This document shows positions 1 through 11,227 of a DNA stretch of 64,000 bases, in pieces. Positions within the stretch are counted from its first letter, which is position 1, and the number at the start of each line of letters is the position of its first letter. The notes beneath the pieces were generated by a model, which worked only from the letters and a program-made list of their open reading frames with translations, was not told the origin of the DNA and made no database searches. The stretch covers positions 4,896,001-4,960,000 of the forward strand of contig OZ244207.1 of NCBI GenBank assembly GCA_965216875.1, given 5' to 3'. This DNA is from Rubripirellula sp. (GTDB lineage: Bacteria; Planctomycetota; Planctomycetia; Pirellulales; Pirellulaceae). The position numbers and the translations under genes are program-made.

Positions 1-1095
1 TTGAATTTGATAACCTTCGCCGAGGTCAAAGTATTTCAACTGTTCTTCGGCGTTCATGTAGTCGAGTGAACCGAGCTTGCCACGTTTTGCATTCGGATCG
101 TCCGCTCCACCAACGTTCGTCTTGGGATTGATGAAGGGCAGAGTGTTGGAGTCATCGATCGGCCCCGAAACCGCTTCGCCTTTTGCAATCGCCCAAATGC
201 GTTGGTCGCGATTGGCTGCCATTTGATCAAGGATCGCACGTTCGCGTTCCATCACGTCGGTGTTGTTGTAGGTTCCGTCGCTACCCGCGCGGCCGCGAGC
301 GCCGTAGATCGAGTAACCGTTGACGGCGCGGTATCGATGCCACCAATGAAAGTTCTTGTCATCAACAGCAGCGACCACTGCTGGATCAACCTTGGTCGGT
401 CCACCTTTGCCAAACAGGCCTTCGTTCAAGATTGGCGCCAGCGCGGCGTAGCCTGCGGCGTTCAAGTGCGCTCCGTTGAGCGTCAACCTCGCCTCGCTCT
501 TTTCGAACAATGCCTTGGTTGGCGAAAAGATGTCGACGAACACCACGTCCGTTTCTTCGGCAACTGCCTTCAGGGCATCACTGTAGAGTGCAAGGTTGGC
601 GTTTTCTTTCACGCCGTCGGGCAAGTTTCGATCACCGGTTGCTTCAAACGCGATCGGCGAAACGAGCACGACTTGGGGATTACCCTTTCCGTAGTCGTTG
701 GCTTTGGTTTGTTCGACCAATTTCTTCAAGTCGGTCGAAAACCGCCGCAACCCTTTCTTGCCGCCAAACGATTCGTTGAAGCCAAAGAAGTAGACGACGA
801 CCGAGGCCTTGCTGTGTGACAAGTGTTTGTCGGGATCGCCAAAGTTCTGTGAACGAATTCGATTGTTTGGCTCGTCGCCAGGAAAGCAGAGATTGCGGAC
901 GGTCAGTTCCAGCTCGGGAAAACGCTGATGCAACAACGATTCCCATTGATTCTGGTGCTGCAACCGTTCGCCAAGGGCATTGCCGACCAAACAAATGTGG
1001 TCGCCCTTTTTGAGTTCCAATTCGGCTGCGTCGGTGACGGACACAGCGATAGACAACACTGTGCAAAGCGCACAGAGATAGAGTCGTAAATGCAT
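1..1095 (-). CDS. PVC-type heme-binding (CxxCH)/membrane dehydrogenase-associated protein, N-terminal SGNH/GDSL-like domain; 3' end runs off the window
   Basis: Not in the ORF track; read by hand from ATG 1095: MHLRLYLCALCTVLSIAVSVTDAAELELKKGDHICLVGNALGERLQH...VYFFGFNESF...LTLNGAHLN...WWHRYRAVNGYSIYG. Signal peptide plus SGNH-like blocks typical of planctomycete proteins of this family. Confidence 0.75.
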   Translation of the reverse strand, partial: MHLRLYLCALCTVLSIAVSVTDAAELELKKGDHICLVGNALGERLQHQNQWESLLHQRFPELELTVRNLCFPGDEPNNRIRSQNFGDPDKHLSHSKASVVVYFFGFNESFGGKKGLRRFSTDLKKLVEQTKANDYGKGNPQVVLVSPIAFEATGDRNLPDGVKENANLALYSDALKAVAEETDVVFVDIFSPTKALFEKSEARLTLNGAHLNAAGYAALAPILNEGLFGKGGPTKVDPAVVAAVDDKNFHWWHRYRAVNGYSIYGARGRAGSDGTYNNTDVMERERAILDQMAANRDQRIWAIAKGEAVSGPIDDSNTLPFINPKTNVGGADDPNAKRGKLGSLDYMNAEEQLKYFDLGEGYQIQ

Positions 1096-1355
1096 TGGTT
1101 TGCGTGACTACGAAGTTGGGGTGGGGATAGAAGGAGGGAGTACCAGCGCGATTGTGGTGGCTAATCGGACGGCCCCTCGAGCCATGTGAGTTCTCAGGAT
1201 ACCCAAAAGTCGCCGTTTGACACTGGTAGCGAACCAAGTTGTCGCAGAGAAGTTTCGAATCAGCCCCGATTCCAACGTCCCAATGCCAAAATCTTCGGCA
1301 AATCCGCAAGGATTTGCAGCGCACGCCCGGTCGCCATTGTCTAAGGGTTTTCCAC

Positions 1356-1617
1356 GTGAGCCGAACGCGCTAGCGTCGGGCCTTTCGAGTACCGGGCCTT
1401 TCGAGCGTAGCTACGCTCGCCAGAGCGTGGTGATCGTGGACGCCGGTCTGCCAATGGGAACCACCTTCTGGCGAAGGTAGCTACGGGCCGTGCCGTCCGA
1501 GTGAGCCGAACGCGCCTCGGGCCAGTTCCTCGTACCGAGCTTTAGCAGGAATCTTCTCACAAACCACCCTCAAGGCTGGACTTCAAACGCCGCTACTTTC
1601 GCGGAGCGAAAGGCGAC
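1356..1617. repeat. Cluster of REP-like palindromic elements (three families)
   Basis: GTGAGCCGAACGCGCTAGCGTCGGGCCT (1356, partial at 1501); inverted pair GTAGCTACGCTCGCCAGAGCGTGG / CCACCTTCTGGCGAAGGTAGCTAC (1407-1484); CTACTTTCGCGGAGCGAAAGGCGAC (to 1617). All recur elsewhere in the window. Confidence 0.85.
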
Positions 1618-1627
1618 ATTGGCTGGA

Positions 1628-2899
1628 TCAACGAGATTGATTGGCAATGCAGTAGAGATTCTTGTCAGACCGAATCAGCAATCGATCACCCACGATCGCA
1701 GGCGTCGCGTTAAACCGCTCTTCCTCGTCACCTAGGTGGTTGATTGCCAATTCCTTGTATTCGGGCTGATCGGCAAGCACCAGAACGCCAGCGTCTCGGG
1801 TGGTCAGAAAGAGTTTTTTGCCATCGCCAACGATCGACGCATAGACGCGTCCGCGTGTCGGCATTCGCTCACGAAACATTTCCTCGCCATCGCTCGCTCG
1901 CAAGCAAAGCGCAATCCCTTTGTCGTGAGACCAATAGAGATACCCGTTGGAAAGGAGCGGTGATGTCACGTTCGCGCCACGGGAAACAGACCAAATCAAA
2001 TGTGATTCGGAGACGTCACCGCGTCCGCCCGCTTTGACGACAAAGGTCTTGTTGCTGCGACCACCGCTGCAATAGAGCGTCTCTCCATCGACCACCACAC
2101 AGGGAACGATATAGTCCTGAATCGCATCGCAAGACCAAAGCCGATCGCCCGTGGCGGGATCGAGCCCGAGGATCGCTTCCTTTTGATTGAGAATGAGTTC
2201 CGTCGTCCCGCTGCTAAGAGTGACGAGTGTGGGCGTGGTCCAAGCACGCAGGATTTCATCGGTGCGCCAACGGATTTCGCCCGTCGCTTTCTCGATTCCA
2301 TAGACCGCGCCGTCTTCGATCGACGCGTTCATGATGACCAAGTCCTCGAAAAGAATCGGACTCGCCGCCGCACCAAACCCAGCCGTCTTGGTCCCCACCG
2401 AACGTCGCCAAACCATTTCGCCATCGTGGGTGACAGCGATCACGCCTGATGGCCCAAACGACGCATAAACTCGATCACGATCAACACAAGGCGTTGGCGA
2501 TGCGTATCCATGGTCGGCGACACGTTTACTGGCTTCTTGTTCCTCGGGTGCGGGATCGAATGCTTTGTCCCAAAGCACGTCCCCACTGGAGAGCGAAAGG
2601 CAAACGATGTGCAACTGGAGCGACGATCGATCGCCCGGCTCTTCGGCGCTCATCCCGTAACCCGAGTAGGCCGTCAAAAAGATCTTGTCGCCAAACACCA
2701 CGGGGCTGCTCGAACCTTTCCCCGGCAACGCGCTCTTCCAGGCCACGTTCTCTTTGTCGCTCCACCGCGTTGGAATGCCATGTCCGGCGACGCCCGATGC
2801 TTGGTCGCCGCGAAACCGGCTCCATCCCACGTCCGCCGCAAGACAGTTCCCTAGAGACACGAGCGCAGCGAGAGACCAGACGGCAAGAAAGCGTTGCAT
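1628..2899 (-). CDS. PQQ-like beta-propeller protein (BamB-like family)
   Basis: Signal peptide, WSRFRG, repeated SSP/SP..W propeller motifs, C-terminal LLIRSDKNLYCI. Confidence 0.85.
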   Translation of the reverse strand: MQRFLAVWSLAALVSLGNCLAADVGWSRFRGDQASGVAGHGIPTRWSDKENVAWKSALPGKGSSSPVVFGDKIFLTAYSGYGMSAEEPGDRSSLQLHIVCLSLSSGDVLWDKAFDPAPEEQEASKRVADHGYASPTPCVDRDRVYASFGPSGVIAVTHDGEMVWRRSVGTKTAGFGAAASPILFEDLVIMNASIEDGAVYGIEKATGEIRWRTDEILRAWTTPTLVTLSSGTTELILNQKEAILGLDPATGDRLWSCDAIQDYIVPCVVVDGETLYCSGGRSNKTFVVKAGGRGDVSESHLIWSVSRGANVTSPLLSNGYLYWSHDKGIALCLRASDGEEMFRERMPTRGRVYASIVGDGKKLFLTTRDAGVLVLADQPEYKELAINHLGDEEERFNATPAIVGDRLLIRSDKNLYCIANQSR

Positions 2900-3109
2900 G
2901 ACAAAGACCGGGGCAGGGCAGGGTGGTGGCGAGCGGCTGGGGCGAAGCCCCTGGTTGGGGCAAGGTCCAGAGCAAAGAGTCTATTGGAAGCACCCGGTGC
3001 AGTCCCGCTGTTCGACGGAAAAGCCAAAAAAATTTCGGCGAAAGCCCGGCGCGATGAACAGGCGACACGCCGAGAAAACGCGGGCTCTTGGCGAGCAAAG
3101 CGATCGCGA

Positions 3110-4513
3110 CTAACGCACGAGTGCTCGTTGGGCCGCTTGCGTTAAACGCGTCTTGAGTTCCATCCGTTTTTGGTGCGACGGATCGGTTGATTCCGAAACG
3201 TCGGCGACTTGCGACAACGTTTGTAGTGCCATGTTTGGATTGCGAAGTTCTTTGAGTTGGATGTGGGCGATTCGCAAACGCGCGTCATCGGCAGCTTGTC
3301 CTTGATGGGCGACGATGATGCTAAGCGGACGCAACGATTCGACCCACTTTTTCTGGGCCGACAGCATGGTGACGTACCGCATCAGTGATTTGTCGCCCAA
3401 ACCGATCGCAATCTGGATGTGGTCCATCCGCTGAAACTGTTGCATGGCAGCGGCCAAGTTTTGCGATTCAAGCGATTGTCGAAAGGCAAATGACATGCGG
3501 TTGAATTCGGGATGCGAAGAGACGTCTGGCGTCTGTGCTTCGGCTTGTTCTTCCCGTCGTCGCTGCTCCTTGACGCGTTCCGGCTCAAAAAAGTCCTGCA
3601 ATCGATTGAAGGCGGTTCTTTTTTTCTGCTTCGGCGCGTCGGCTTCCGGGGTGGCATTGGTTCCGATGGGAGCGTACGCGACCGGAATGGCTCCCTGACT
3701 TTGCGTTGGTTGCGGTCGCGCCCCCGGCGTCGAGTGGCCGAGCACGGCCGTCACCGGATCATGAACTTCGCGTTCTTTTTGCCGCAGTCGCTTTCGCTGT
3801 TTGGGGGAACAGAAGAGGTCATTGTCTTGCAGGAATTCGTTTCGCGAAACGAGATCCCATCCTTCGCAATCGACCATATCTTGTCGAAGCATGAAGAAGG
3901 CGATCGGCGCTCCAATCACCACACCCACCATGTGCAACATTTCCGACGACATCTGAAAGCCGCCGATAAACAGAAAAAAGATCTGCAGGAAGATGTAAAA
4001 GGCGCCCAGGCTGACCAGCCGGATTTCAACCGTGCCGAAGAAAAAGAGAAACCAAAAGAAACAGTCCATCTCGTTTTCGGGCGCCCAGATCACGGCCATC
4101 GTCAGGAGTGCAAAGATCACCCCCGACGCGCCAAGGGCACCCGAGTCCGAGCCAATCACAAACATTGGCAACTGAACCATCGCACCATCGATCAGTGCGA
4201 TGATCGCATAGAGTGCGACAAATCGAAGACTGCCAATCTTTCCTTCGACGACCAAGCCGAACGCCCACAGGAAGATCATGTTCCCAATCAAATGAAAAGG
4301 ATCCGCGTGCATGAATGCCGAGGTAATCCACTGCACCGGGTTGATGGTATCGAACTCGAGCATCAACCACTCGATCGATTCGATTTCCATGTTGCCCAGC
4401 AGGACTTGGAAACAGGTCAAGAAGTAGATAATGGTGTTGATCACGATGATCGCCACCGTCGCAACCGGCCAATGGTAAATTGGCGCATCGGTGTTGTACG
4501 GGACGAGCATCAT
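3110..4513 (-). CDS. Rhomboid intramembrane serine protease with long soluble C-terminal extension
   Basis: HADPFHLIGNM, GASG catalytic Ser motif, TM6 His (MLHMVG); helical, possibly TPR-like C-terminus. Confidence 0.85.
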   Translation of the reverse strand: MMLVPYNTDAPIYHWPVATVAIIVINTIIYFLTCFQVLLGNMEIESIEWLMLEFDTINPVQWITSAFMHADPFHLIGNMIFLWAFGLVVEGKIGSLRFVALYAIIALIDGAMVQLPMFVIGSDSGALGASGVIFALLTMAVIWAPENEMDCFFWFLFFFGTVEIRLVSLGAFYIFLQIFFLFIGGFQMSSEMLHMVGVVIGAPIAFFMLRQDMVDCEGWDLVSRNEFLQDNDLFCSPKQRKRLRQKEREVHDPVTAVLGHSTPGARPQPTQSQGAIPVAYAPIGTNATPEADAPKQKKRTAFNRLQDFFEPERVKEQRRREEQAEAQTPDVSSHPEFNRMSFAFRQSLESQNLAAAMQQFQRMDHIQIAIGLGDKSLMRYVTMLSAQKKWVESLRPLSIIVAHQGQAADDARLRIAHIQLKELRNPNMALQTLSQVADVSESTDPSHQKRMELKTRLTQAAQRALVR

Positions 4514-4620
4514 TGCGACCGAACCTCCAGGCCGGCACTTGCATCAATCAACGGCATCCCCTCAGGGCACCAAACTTCTCCATTTCTGTCGCGCCACCAA
4601 GCAAAAAGTTTCAACACTCG

Positions 4621-5115
4621 ATGACTTCAGCAAATATAGACACCGTCCGCGTCGATTACAGCAATCCCTCACATTGCCGCGACCTTTGCCGGCTGCTGGT
4701 CGAATACGCTCGCTACGAAACCGATGACGCCGAATCGATCGCCGATGACGCGTTTGACGATCTACCTGAACGCCTGAGCAACTTCCCGACCGCATTCAGC
4801 ATCCTCGCCTACCGAGGTCAGAAGGCTGTTGGTTTGACCAACTGCTTTTTCGGGTTTTCGACCTTCAACAAGCGGCGTCTGGTCAATATCCACGATGTGA
4901 TGGTGACCGAATCGGAACGTGGCAAAGGGGTGGCCAGCTTCCTGCTTGCCAAAGTGGAAGAGATCGCTAGAGAAAACGATTGTTGCCGATTGACCCTCGA
5001 AGTCCTCGACGACAACGCGAGGGCACGCCGAGCGTACGAAAAAGAAGGCTTCGGCCGCACCCCCTACCACCCCGACAACGAAACGTTGTTCTTGCAGAAG
5101 AAACTGGGGGCATGA
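4621..5115 (+). CDS. GNAT family N-acetyltransferase
   Basis: NIHDVMVTESERGKGVA acetyl-CoA motif, LTLEV...ARRAYEKEGF; start moved to ATG 4621. Confidence 0.85.
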   Translation: MTSANIDTVRVDYSNPSHCRDLCRLLVEYARYETDDAESIADDAFDDLPERLSNFPTAFSILAYRGQKAVGLTNCFFGFSTFNKRRLVNIHDVMVTESERGKGVASFLLAKVEEIARENDCCRLTLEVLDDNARARRAYEKEGFGRTPYHPDNETLFLQKKLGA

Positions 5116-5116
5116 G

Positions 5117-5255
5117 GTAGGTCATGATCTGCATGACACCACCTTCTAGCGAAGGTAGCTACATATCGCAATCGTCATGCGGAGCATGACCTACATTTCG
5201 CAATCGTCATGCGGAGCATGACCTACATTTCGCAATCGTCATGCGGAGCATGACC
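5117..5255. repeat. REP-like cluster with a 3 x 32-bp tandem array
   Basis: GTAGGTCATGATCTGCATGAC (5117), ACCTTCTAGCGAAGGTAGCTAC, then three copies of TCGCAATCGTCATGCGGAGCATGACC with 32-bp period, between convergent genes. Confidence 0.9.
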
Positions 5256-5259
5256 ACCG

Positions 5260-8200
5260 TTAGTCCTTGCGAACGACGGCCAACCAATCTTCGTTTGCGT
5301 CGGCTGGTGGCTGCCCAAGATCGACGCTGCCGCCACCTGAAACGCGAGCGACCGATCCGTTTTGCAAGTCGCCACCCGATCGCGGATTGAACCAGCGAAC
5401 GGAAAACTCGCCCTTGGCACCCGAAAGATCCAACTTCGACGCTCCGCCTTCGGGGAGGTAGACCAGGTAGGTGTCATCCGGTTTTGCAAAGCAGAACTTC
5501 CCAGCATGATGCTCGGGATTGCCAACCAGAGCATCCGCATTGGTCATTTCCCAGAAGGGAACTTCGTTGTCGTGGAAGAAGCCAATTGCGATTCGGCAGT
5601 AGTCCCAACTTTGATCACGACTGCGCCAGTCTTGGCAAACGATGTCGTTCTCGGCGAACTTGTAGCCAAAGTAGTACTCGTTGCCTGCACCACCGGCCAT
5701 CAACGTTCCCCACAACGTCTTCTTTCGAACATCGTGTTGCGTGTGAGCCATCTTGCCGTCGGCATCGCGACCATCAAATCCGCGGTAGCCAAGGTCAGGA
5801 CATTGCGCGTGGGCGGCGCTTCCCGATTCATCAAAGGCAACCACCCAAGGCCGGCCCGCTTCCGCGGATGCCTTGACCCATTTAAGGGTGTGAGCGTGAG
5901 TGGTGCCGAGGCTGCTGTTTTGCAACGATGCCCCGGTCAGCTTTGAACGATCGCCGAGCAACTTCGAATACACCTTGTCCTGCTGGTCCGGGTAGGTGTG
6001 AATGACGATGTTGTGCCCATACGAATCGACGTCATCGATGTAGTCGATCATTGCGATCTGTTGCTCGGTCGATTGAGTGTTCTCTTCGCCGAGGTTCCAG
6101 TTGAGCGCCAGGTTGTGGCCGAAGCGTGCGATCAGTTCGCGACAATAAAGTTTGCGTTGCGGACCAAGGTTGCCTCCATCCAAACACTCCGGCACTCCGG
6201 TAAAGCCACCCCGGTGACCTTTCTTGTGGTCGTCGTTTTCGGTCTCTTGCATTTTGAAGTGCAAGTACATTCCTTTTGCTGTGCCGTGATCAAAGACGAT
6301 GCCCCACTGATCGAGCTTGCTGCAGTCGTAGTGCATCTTGTCGTCGCGGTGAATGAACGGCCAAACGTTGTCGCCATCGCCGCCAGCGTTGTAGGTCAAG
6401 AAGGAAAACGCGTTACAACCTTTTCCTGACAGGTAGTTGATCGCGCCAATCAATCCCTTGCCTTTCCCGCCGGCCCAAGTTGGATCGCCCGATGTCCAAT
6501 CCTTGACGTGGGGCGCCCAGGTCTTGATCGGGGCTTTCTTGGGGCTGCCAGCGATCGTGTTGTCAAAGTCTTTGAACGCGAGCAACGTTTCGGGTGCATC
6601 GGCACCGACTTTCAAAAAGTACTTTTTCGTTCCGGCGAATTGCAGGTAGTGCTTACCAACATATTGAAGCCGTCCGTGGCCTCGGAAGTCACGTCCTTGT
6701 TTGTCACTTGCTGCGATTTCGATCGATCCACTCGCGCCATCGAACTTCGCCAACGGTGCCGATTTTGCATCATGATCAAGAGCAGCGTCCTTACCGGCCG
6801 CGAACGAAACTTTGTAAGACCACTTACCGGTGCGGTCAGGGGCGAAGTGAGCACGCCAAACCGTTCCCGATTCGGCACCTGAATTTCCAGCGTCGCCATC
6901 GGCGGCGAAGTAGCCAGGAATCGAGTACTCAGTCCCGTCGGAGTGTTTGAAGTTGACCGTCATCGCATAGTCGGTGAACGGGTTGGGCTTGTTGTCTTTT
7001 TCGTGGGCGTAGGGCCCGGCAAGATCAAGCGTGACTTTGTGCCATTGCTTGGTTTCACCGCTGATCGAAACCGATCCATCACCATCGGCTTGACGAGGCT
7101 GTTGGAGCGGGTCGCTACTGACCGGACGCGTGGGACTCGACTTGGGTGCAGCCGATGCACTGTGGACCGGCTCGGGCTGAGCGGCCATACGAGCCAAAAT
7201 GGGGCCGAGTGCCTTGGTGGTAGCTTGGTCAGCGGGAGCAAACGCGATGGCGCTCCAACGGGCGCGACTGTACTCCTTGCCATCCTTGCTGCCGATGCTC
7301 GACGAGACTTTGATCTGAGCTCCCTCGGTCACACTGATGTTTTTCCAAGTCTTGTGGTACTTGGCTCCTTCCTCAAACATCGCGTGTGAAAGGGGCGCGG
7401 TGTGCTCGCCAAGTTTGTCATCGTCGATCATGACGGCGTACGACGACTGACCATCGTTCTCACCGACGGCCTTGAGCGTGATGTTGTATCGTCCCGATGG
7501 GAACGGAAAGGTACGTTCGGCGAGCCCTTGGCGATGCTTGTCAGGATGCACTGCGAGCCATTTGCCTTGATCGACGTAGTAGTTGGTCAAACTGCTTTCA
7601 GCAAACATCTTGGCATTCATTTCAACCGATGCAGGAACGCCTTCGGCGGCCGGCGCCGGTGGAGCTGCGACCAACTTGAACGGCTTGGGGGCCTTGCCAC
7701 TACCAACATTCGATGCGGGGCCAACACCGTCAGGGCGAGCGAATTCTCGCTCCGTCGTCATCAGCCATTTATCGAACTCGAACCCGTCTTCACGCATCGA
7801 AAAGTGAATGACGTGACGACCGGGCTCGTCGATGTCGAGATAGATTTTGTAGGGTTCGCCACAGTGGTTCTTGTTGGTGCGTTGCTTACTTTCCCAACGC
7901 CACGTTTTCTTGCCTTGGCACCACTGCAAGCGTTGACCTGTTTCAGGCCACTGGCCGTCGATTCCAACATGCAACCCGTTGTCTTCGCTGCCGGTCGAAT
8001 AGCATCGGACCCAGACGTAATAGCGGCCCGGTGTCTTGATGTTGACGTTGTAATGCAACACCGCCATCTTGCCGGGCTCGGGCGAAAAGTTCACGCCCGT
8101 GATTAGTTTGTCGCCATGCGTGCGGCGCGTGTCGGGCAAGATTTCCACATACGCACCACCACTGGCACCACCAACGTGCGACGGATCACCATCAGGTGTC

Positions 8201-8433
8201 ACGCTCGGGGTCCGATCGGAATGAGTCAGGTAGAAGGCGCGCTTGTCAGTCTTCGTTTGCTTGAAAAAGTGCTCCGCTTCAACTGCCAACAGCCCATCCT
8301 TTTCAGCGAAGACGACATCCTCTCCAACCATCGGTTCCTTAGCAGCGATCGGTCCGGCAAGAAGGCATCCCAGCAAGAGGGATCCAAGGAGTGACGGCAA
8401 GATCCCGGTGGACCGTTGAAGCAAATGAGACAT
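5260..8433 (-). CDS. DUF5060-domain secreted putative glycoside hydrolase with C-terminal putative collagen-binding domain
   Basis: Signal peptide; W+KVTL...PNPFTDY...[14 protein letters not shown] (DUF5060-like); NWNLGEEN and FDE acid motifs; C-terminal VRWFNPRSG...DWLAVV. Confidence 0.75.
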   Translation of the reverse strand: MSHLLQRSTGILPSLLGSLLLGCLLAGPIAAKEPMVGEDVVFAEKDGLLAVEAEHFFKQTKTDKRAFYLTHSDRTPSVTPDGDPSHVGGASGGAYVEILPDTRRTHGDKLITGVNFSPEPGKMAVLHYNVNIKTPGRYYVWVRCYSTGSEDNGLHVGIDGQWPETGQRLQWCQGKKTWRWESKQRTNKNHCGEPYKIYLDIDEPGRHVIHFSMREDGFEFDKWLMTTEREFARPDGVGPASNVGSGKAPKPFKLVAAPPAPAAEGVPASVEMNAKMFAESSLTNYYVDQGKWLAVHPDKHRQGLAERTFPFPSGRYNITLKAVGENDGQSSYAVMIDDDKLGEHTAPLSHAMFEEGAKYHKTWKNISVTEGAQIKVSSSIGSKDGKEYSRARWSAIAFAPADQATTKALGPILARMAAQPEPVHSASAAPKSSPTRPVSSDPLQQPRQADGDGSVSISGETKQWHKVTLDLAGPYAHEKDNKPNPFTDYAMTVNFKHSDGTEYSIPGYFAADGDAGNSGAESGTVWRAHFAPDRTGKWSYKVSFAAGKDAALDHDAKSAPLAKFDGASGSIEIAASDKQGRDFRGHGRLQYVGKHYLQFAGTKKYFLKVGADAPETLLAFKDFDNTIAGSPKKAPIKTWAPHVKDWTSGDPTWAGGKGKGLIGAINYLSGKGCNAFSFLTYNAGGDGDNVWPFIHRDDKMHYDCSKLDQWGIVFDHGTAKGMYLHFKMQETENDDHKKGHRGGFTGVPECLDGGNLGPQRKLYCRELIARFGHNLALNWNLGEENTQSTEQQIAMIDYIDDVDSYGHNIVIHTYPDQQDKVYSKLLGDRSKLTGASLQNSSLGTTHAHTLKWVKASAEAGRPWVVAFDESGSAAHAQCPDLGYRGFDGRDADGKMAHTQHDVRKKTLWGTLMAGGAGNEYYFGYKFAENDIVCQDWRSRDQSWDYCRIAIGFFHDNEVPFWEMTNADALVGNPEHHAGKFCFAKPDDTYLVYLPEGGASKLDLSGAKGEFSVRWFNPRSGGDLQNGSVARVSGGGSVDLGQPPADANEDWLAVVRKD

Positions 8434-8806
8434 CAGTTCTCTCGTGGAGGGGATGGAAAGGAGACGATTTCAGTCGTGGTGGATGGACGAGCGGAGAGGT
8501 GATCGGGCCAACACAGTAGTCTCGCCTTGACCAACGGACAAAGCCACCAAGGGTTCGCCACCAATTTTCAGCCGAAAGGCGGGCGCCGAATCGGAACCAG
8601 CGATGGGGTGGGCCATGCATGGCGGTGTCACCCTGTCGTCGGGTGACACCGCCCCACACATGAAGAGCTTTCTCAACTCGATTGTGAATTGTAACTGCGA
8701 GTGTCGTTCGATAAAATAAAACAAATCGAAAACATTGTTTCACCACACTTTACGAACATTTACCGGCCACGCCACCGCTCGCCGCAAAATCCACGCCCCG
8801 CCCGAC

Positions 8807-9697
8807 ATGCCGAGTTCTCCAGAAATCACGATCGCCCAACTCCGCACGTTCCAACAGGTCATCCAGGCTGGTGGCTATGCGGCAGCCGCAAGAACATCAC
8901 ACCTGACCGTCCCGTCGATCTGGCAACACATCCAAGCGCTCGAAAAAGCCTATGACGTGCGTCTTTTCGAGCGAGTCGGACGCCAAGTGGTCCCGACCGA
9001 AGCGGCGGTCAGGCTGCACCAGCAGATCGACCCGTTGTTGGTTCAGCTCGATTCAACCTTCGACACCGTTTCCTCCTCTGCGGGCGGCCAGACCATTCGC
9101 TTGGTCACCGGCGTGCGGATGATGTTGGAAGAACTTGCCGAGCCACTTTCTCGGTTCCGCTCGCGCCACTCCAACCGTTTAGTCATTCGAAACGGCAATG
9201 ACTATCGCGCCGAACAATTGCTGCTGGACGATGAGGCTGACCTCGCACTGACGCTGCAACCCGACCTCAAAGAAACCTCATCGCGGATCCATTACGAACC
9301 GGCCTACACCGTCGAGTTCTTAGCCGCCTGCAAGAAGAACCACCCGTTCGCCAAGTCAAAACAACAAGGCCTGCACGAACTTGCCAAGCACGAGTTAGTT
9401 GTCTCCGCCGAGGGAACGCACGGTCGCGACGCGCTCGATCAGGCGTTTCACCGTGAAGACCTGAAAGCCAATATCGTTGCAGAAACCGACAACAGTGCCT
9501 TCACGATCGCCTGCGTCCGCGCGGGAATGGGCGTCGGAATCGTCGCCGGTCGTATCGAAGGCAACCTGGCACGAAACCTGGCGGTTTGTTCGCTGAGCAA
9601 GCTGCTCGGGCAACGAAAGATCGTGCTGATGTGGCGAAAGGGAAGAACGCTCACGGCTCCCATGCGAGACCTGATCGACGAGATCAAGCGACTCTGA
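8807..9697 (+). CDS. LysR family transcriptional regulator
   Basis: N-terminal HTH QLRTF...AAARTSHLTVPSIWQHIQALEKAYDVRLFER; C-terminal VRAGMGVGIV. Confidence 0.9.
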   Translation: MPSSPEITIAQLRTFQQVIQAGGYAAAARTSHLTVPSIWQHIQALEKAYDVRLFERVGRQVVPTEAAVRLHQQIDPLLVQLDSTFDTVSSSAGGQTIRLVTGVRMMLEELAEPLSRFRSRHSNRLVIRNGNDYRAEQLLLDDEADLALTLQPDLKETSSRIHYEPAYTVEFLAACKKNHPFAKSKQQGLHELAKHELVVSAEGTHGRDALDQAFHREDLKANIVAETDNSAFTIACVRAGMGVGIVAGRIEGNLARNLAVCSLSKLLGQRKIVLMWRKGRTLTAPMRDLIDEIKRL

Positions 9698-9803
9698 GCT
9701 GTCGCATGGGAGTTTGCCGGATCCGCGTCGCGGTCACTCCTTGATCCGGCCTACCTGGGTAATTGGACGAAAACCGCATCTTTTTGTTCAAAAAGGTCGG
9801 CAG

Positions 9804-9828
9804 GCCCTATGGAGGCGGGGAATAGGGC
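9804..9828. promoter_or_regulatory. Probable LysR operator (T-N11-A inverted repeat)
   Basis: GCCCTAT-N11-ATAGGGC, 42 nt upstream of the DUF1552 start and just downstream of the LysR gene. Confidence 0.55.
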
Positions 9829-9870
9829 GGTGCAGGGACAGAACCCTTCTCTTTCACCCTAGGAATCGCG

Positions 9871-11130
9871 ATGACACCAAGCCGACGAACTGTCTTGAAA
9901 GGCTTTGGTGGCGCACTTTCGCTCCCCTTTCTCGAATCAGGCGTGACGGCGGCGGCTAGCGACTCGACAGTTCCGACTCGATTCTTGGTGGTGGGTAACC
10001 CGTTTGGAGCTCATCCCGAGCACTTCTTTCCGACCGATTTCGGAAAGGACTTCACGATCTCGCCGACGCTGCGTTCACTCGATTGGCTTAAAGATCGTCT
10101 GACGATCATCTCGCATACCGACCACAACATGGTCAGCGGTCATGGCCGAGAGATTTCCTTTCTGAGTGGTGTGCTGCCAACGCAAGCCGGCGCGTACCCT
10201 GAAAAGAACATGTCGCTTGATCAATTGATGGCGCGACATGTTGGCAGCCAAGTGCGTTACCCGTCGGTGGGCGCTGCACTCGATTCTGGCATCCGCATGA
10301 GCTGGACCGCCAACGGTGTCGAAAAGCATCCGATCACGAACCCACAAGCGCTCTACGATCACCTGTTTCTGAACCTGAGCCAAAAAGAAAAGCAAGCCAA
10401 GCACGAGATGCTGCGTCGCAACGGCAGCATCCTTGATACGGTCGGCGGCCAACTCGCCGCGCAGACAAAAACGTCGTCGCACAACGACCGCCAACGAATC
10501 GATCAATTCCAAACGTCGGTCCGCGAGCTGGAGTCGACCCTTTCGAGTCGGATGAACTGGCTGCATCGCGACAAGCCCAATTACAACTACCGCAAGAACT
10601 ACGGCTCATCGGGCGTTGCGATCGAAAACGACTATGACGCAATCTTTGACATGATCGCGTATGCGTTTCAAACCGACCTGACGCGAGTTGCCAGCGTTGA
10701 ATTTCCGGCGACCGTGAAATACGCCGAACTTGATGGCGTCAATCGTAGCTACCACGGCTGCACACATAACGGCAAAAAAGAAAACGTCACCTCCGAATTG
10801 GTTGCGATCGAGACCTTCCAGGTTGATCGCCTGTCGCGTTGCCTTAAGAAGCTCGATGCGATCAAGGAACCGGGCGGTCAAGGCAGCATGCTCGACAACA
10901 CCATCGTGCTTTTTGGTAGCGGCATGGGTTATGGCGGAACGCACTCCAACCGAAACCTTCCTGTCTTCGTGGCCGGGGGTGGGTTCAACCACCGCGGGCA
11001 CGTCGACGCCCGCGATGCGAGCGGTCGAAACATGCCGCTCTGCAATCTTTACGTTTCCTTGATGCAGCGATTCGGCATCGAAAGAGACCACTTCAACACA
11101 AGCACGGGAACATTTGAGCTGACTTCGTGA
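9871..11130 (+). CDS. DUF1552 domain protein (Tat-like RR leader)
   Basis: SRRTVLKG...LSLPFLES; SLDQLMA; AFQTDLTRV; GSGMG...HSNRNLP...GGGFNHRGH; PLCNLYVSLMQ. Confidence 0.9.
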   Translation: MTPSRRTVLKGFGGALSLPFLESGVTAAASDSTVPTRFLVVGNPFGAHPEHFFPTDFGKDFTISPTLRSLDWLKDRLTIISHTDHNMVSGHGREISFLSGVLPTQAGAYPEKNMSLDQLMARHVGSQVRYPSVGAALDSGIRMSWTANGVEKHPITNPQALYDHLFLNLSQKEKQAKHEMLRRNGSILDTVGGQLAAQTKTSSHNDRQRIDQFQTSVRELESTLSSRMNWLHRDKPNYNYRKNYGSSGVAIENDYDAIFDMIAYAFQTDLTRVASVEFPATVKYAELDGVNRSYHGCTHNGKKENVTSELVAIETFQVDRLSRCLKKLDAIKEPGGQGSMLDNTIVLFGSGMGYGGTHSNRNLPVFVAGGGFNHRGHVDARDASGRNMPLCNLYVSLMQRFGIERDHFNTSTGTFELTS

Positions 11131-11227
11131 CCAAGCCGCCACCACAGCTAGTCACGCCACCACAGCTCTGTTCCCCCCTTACATCCCTCCCGTCCGTTCC
11201 TCTCTTCGTTGGCAAACGCTTCGTCTG

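Noticed and set aside
202..1324. ORFs 202..819 (+) and 680..1324 (-)
   Set aside because: Antisense and out-of-frame shadows of the real minus-strand gene starting at 1095.
3512..4624. 370-aa plus-strand ORF
   Set aside because: Antisense shadow of the rhomboid gene.
5162..5255. Possible mini-CRISPR (palindromic repeats with 32-bp period)
   Set aside because: Units are head-to-tail with identical linkers, there are no unique spacers or cas genes, and the palindrome is a dispersed REP.
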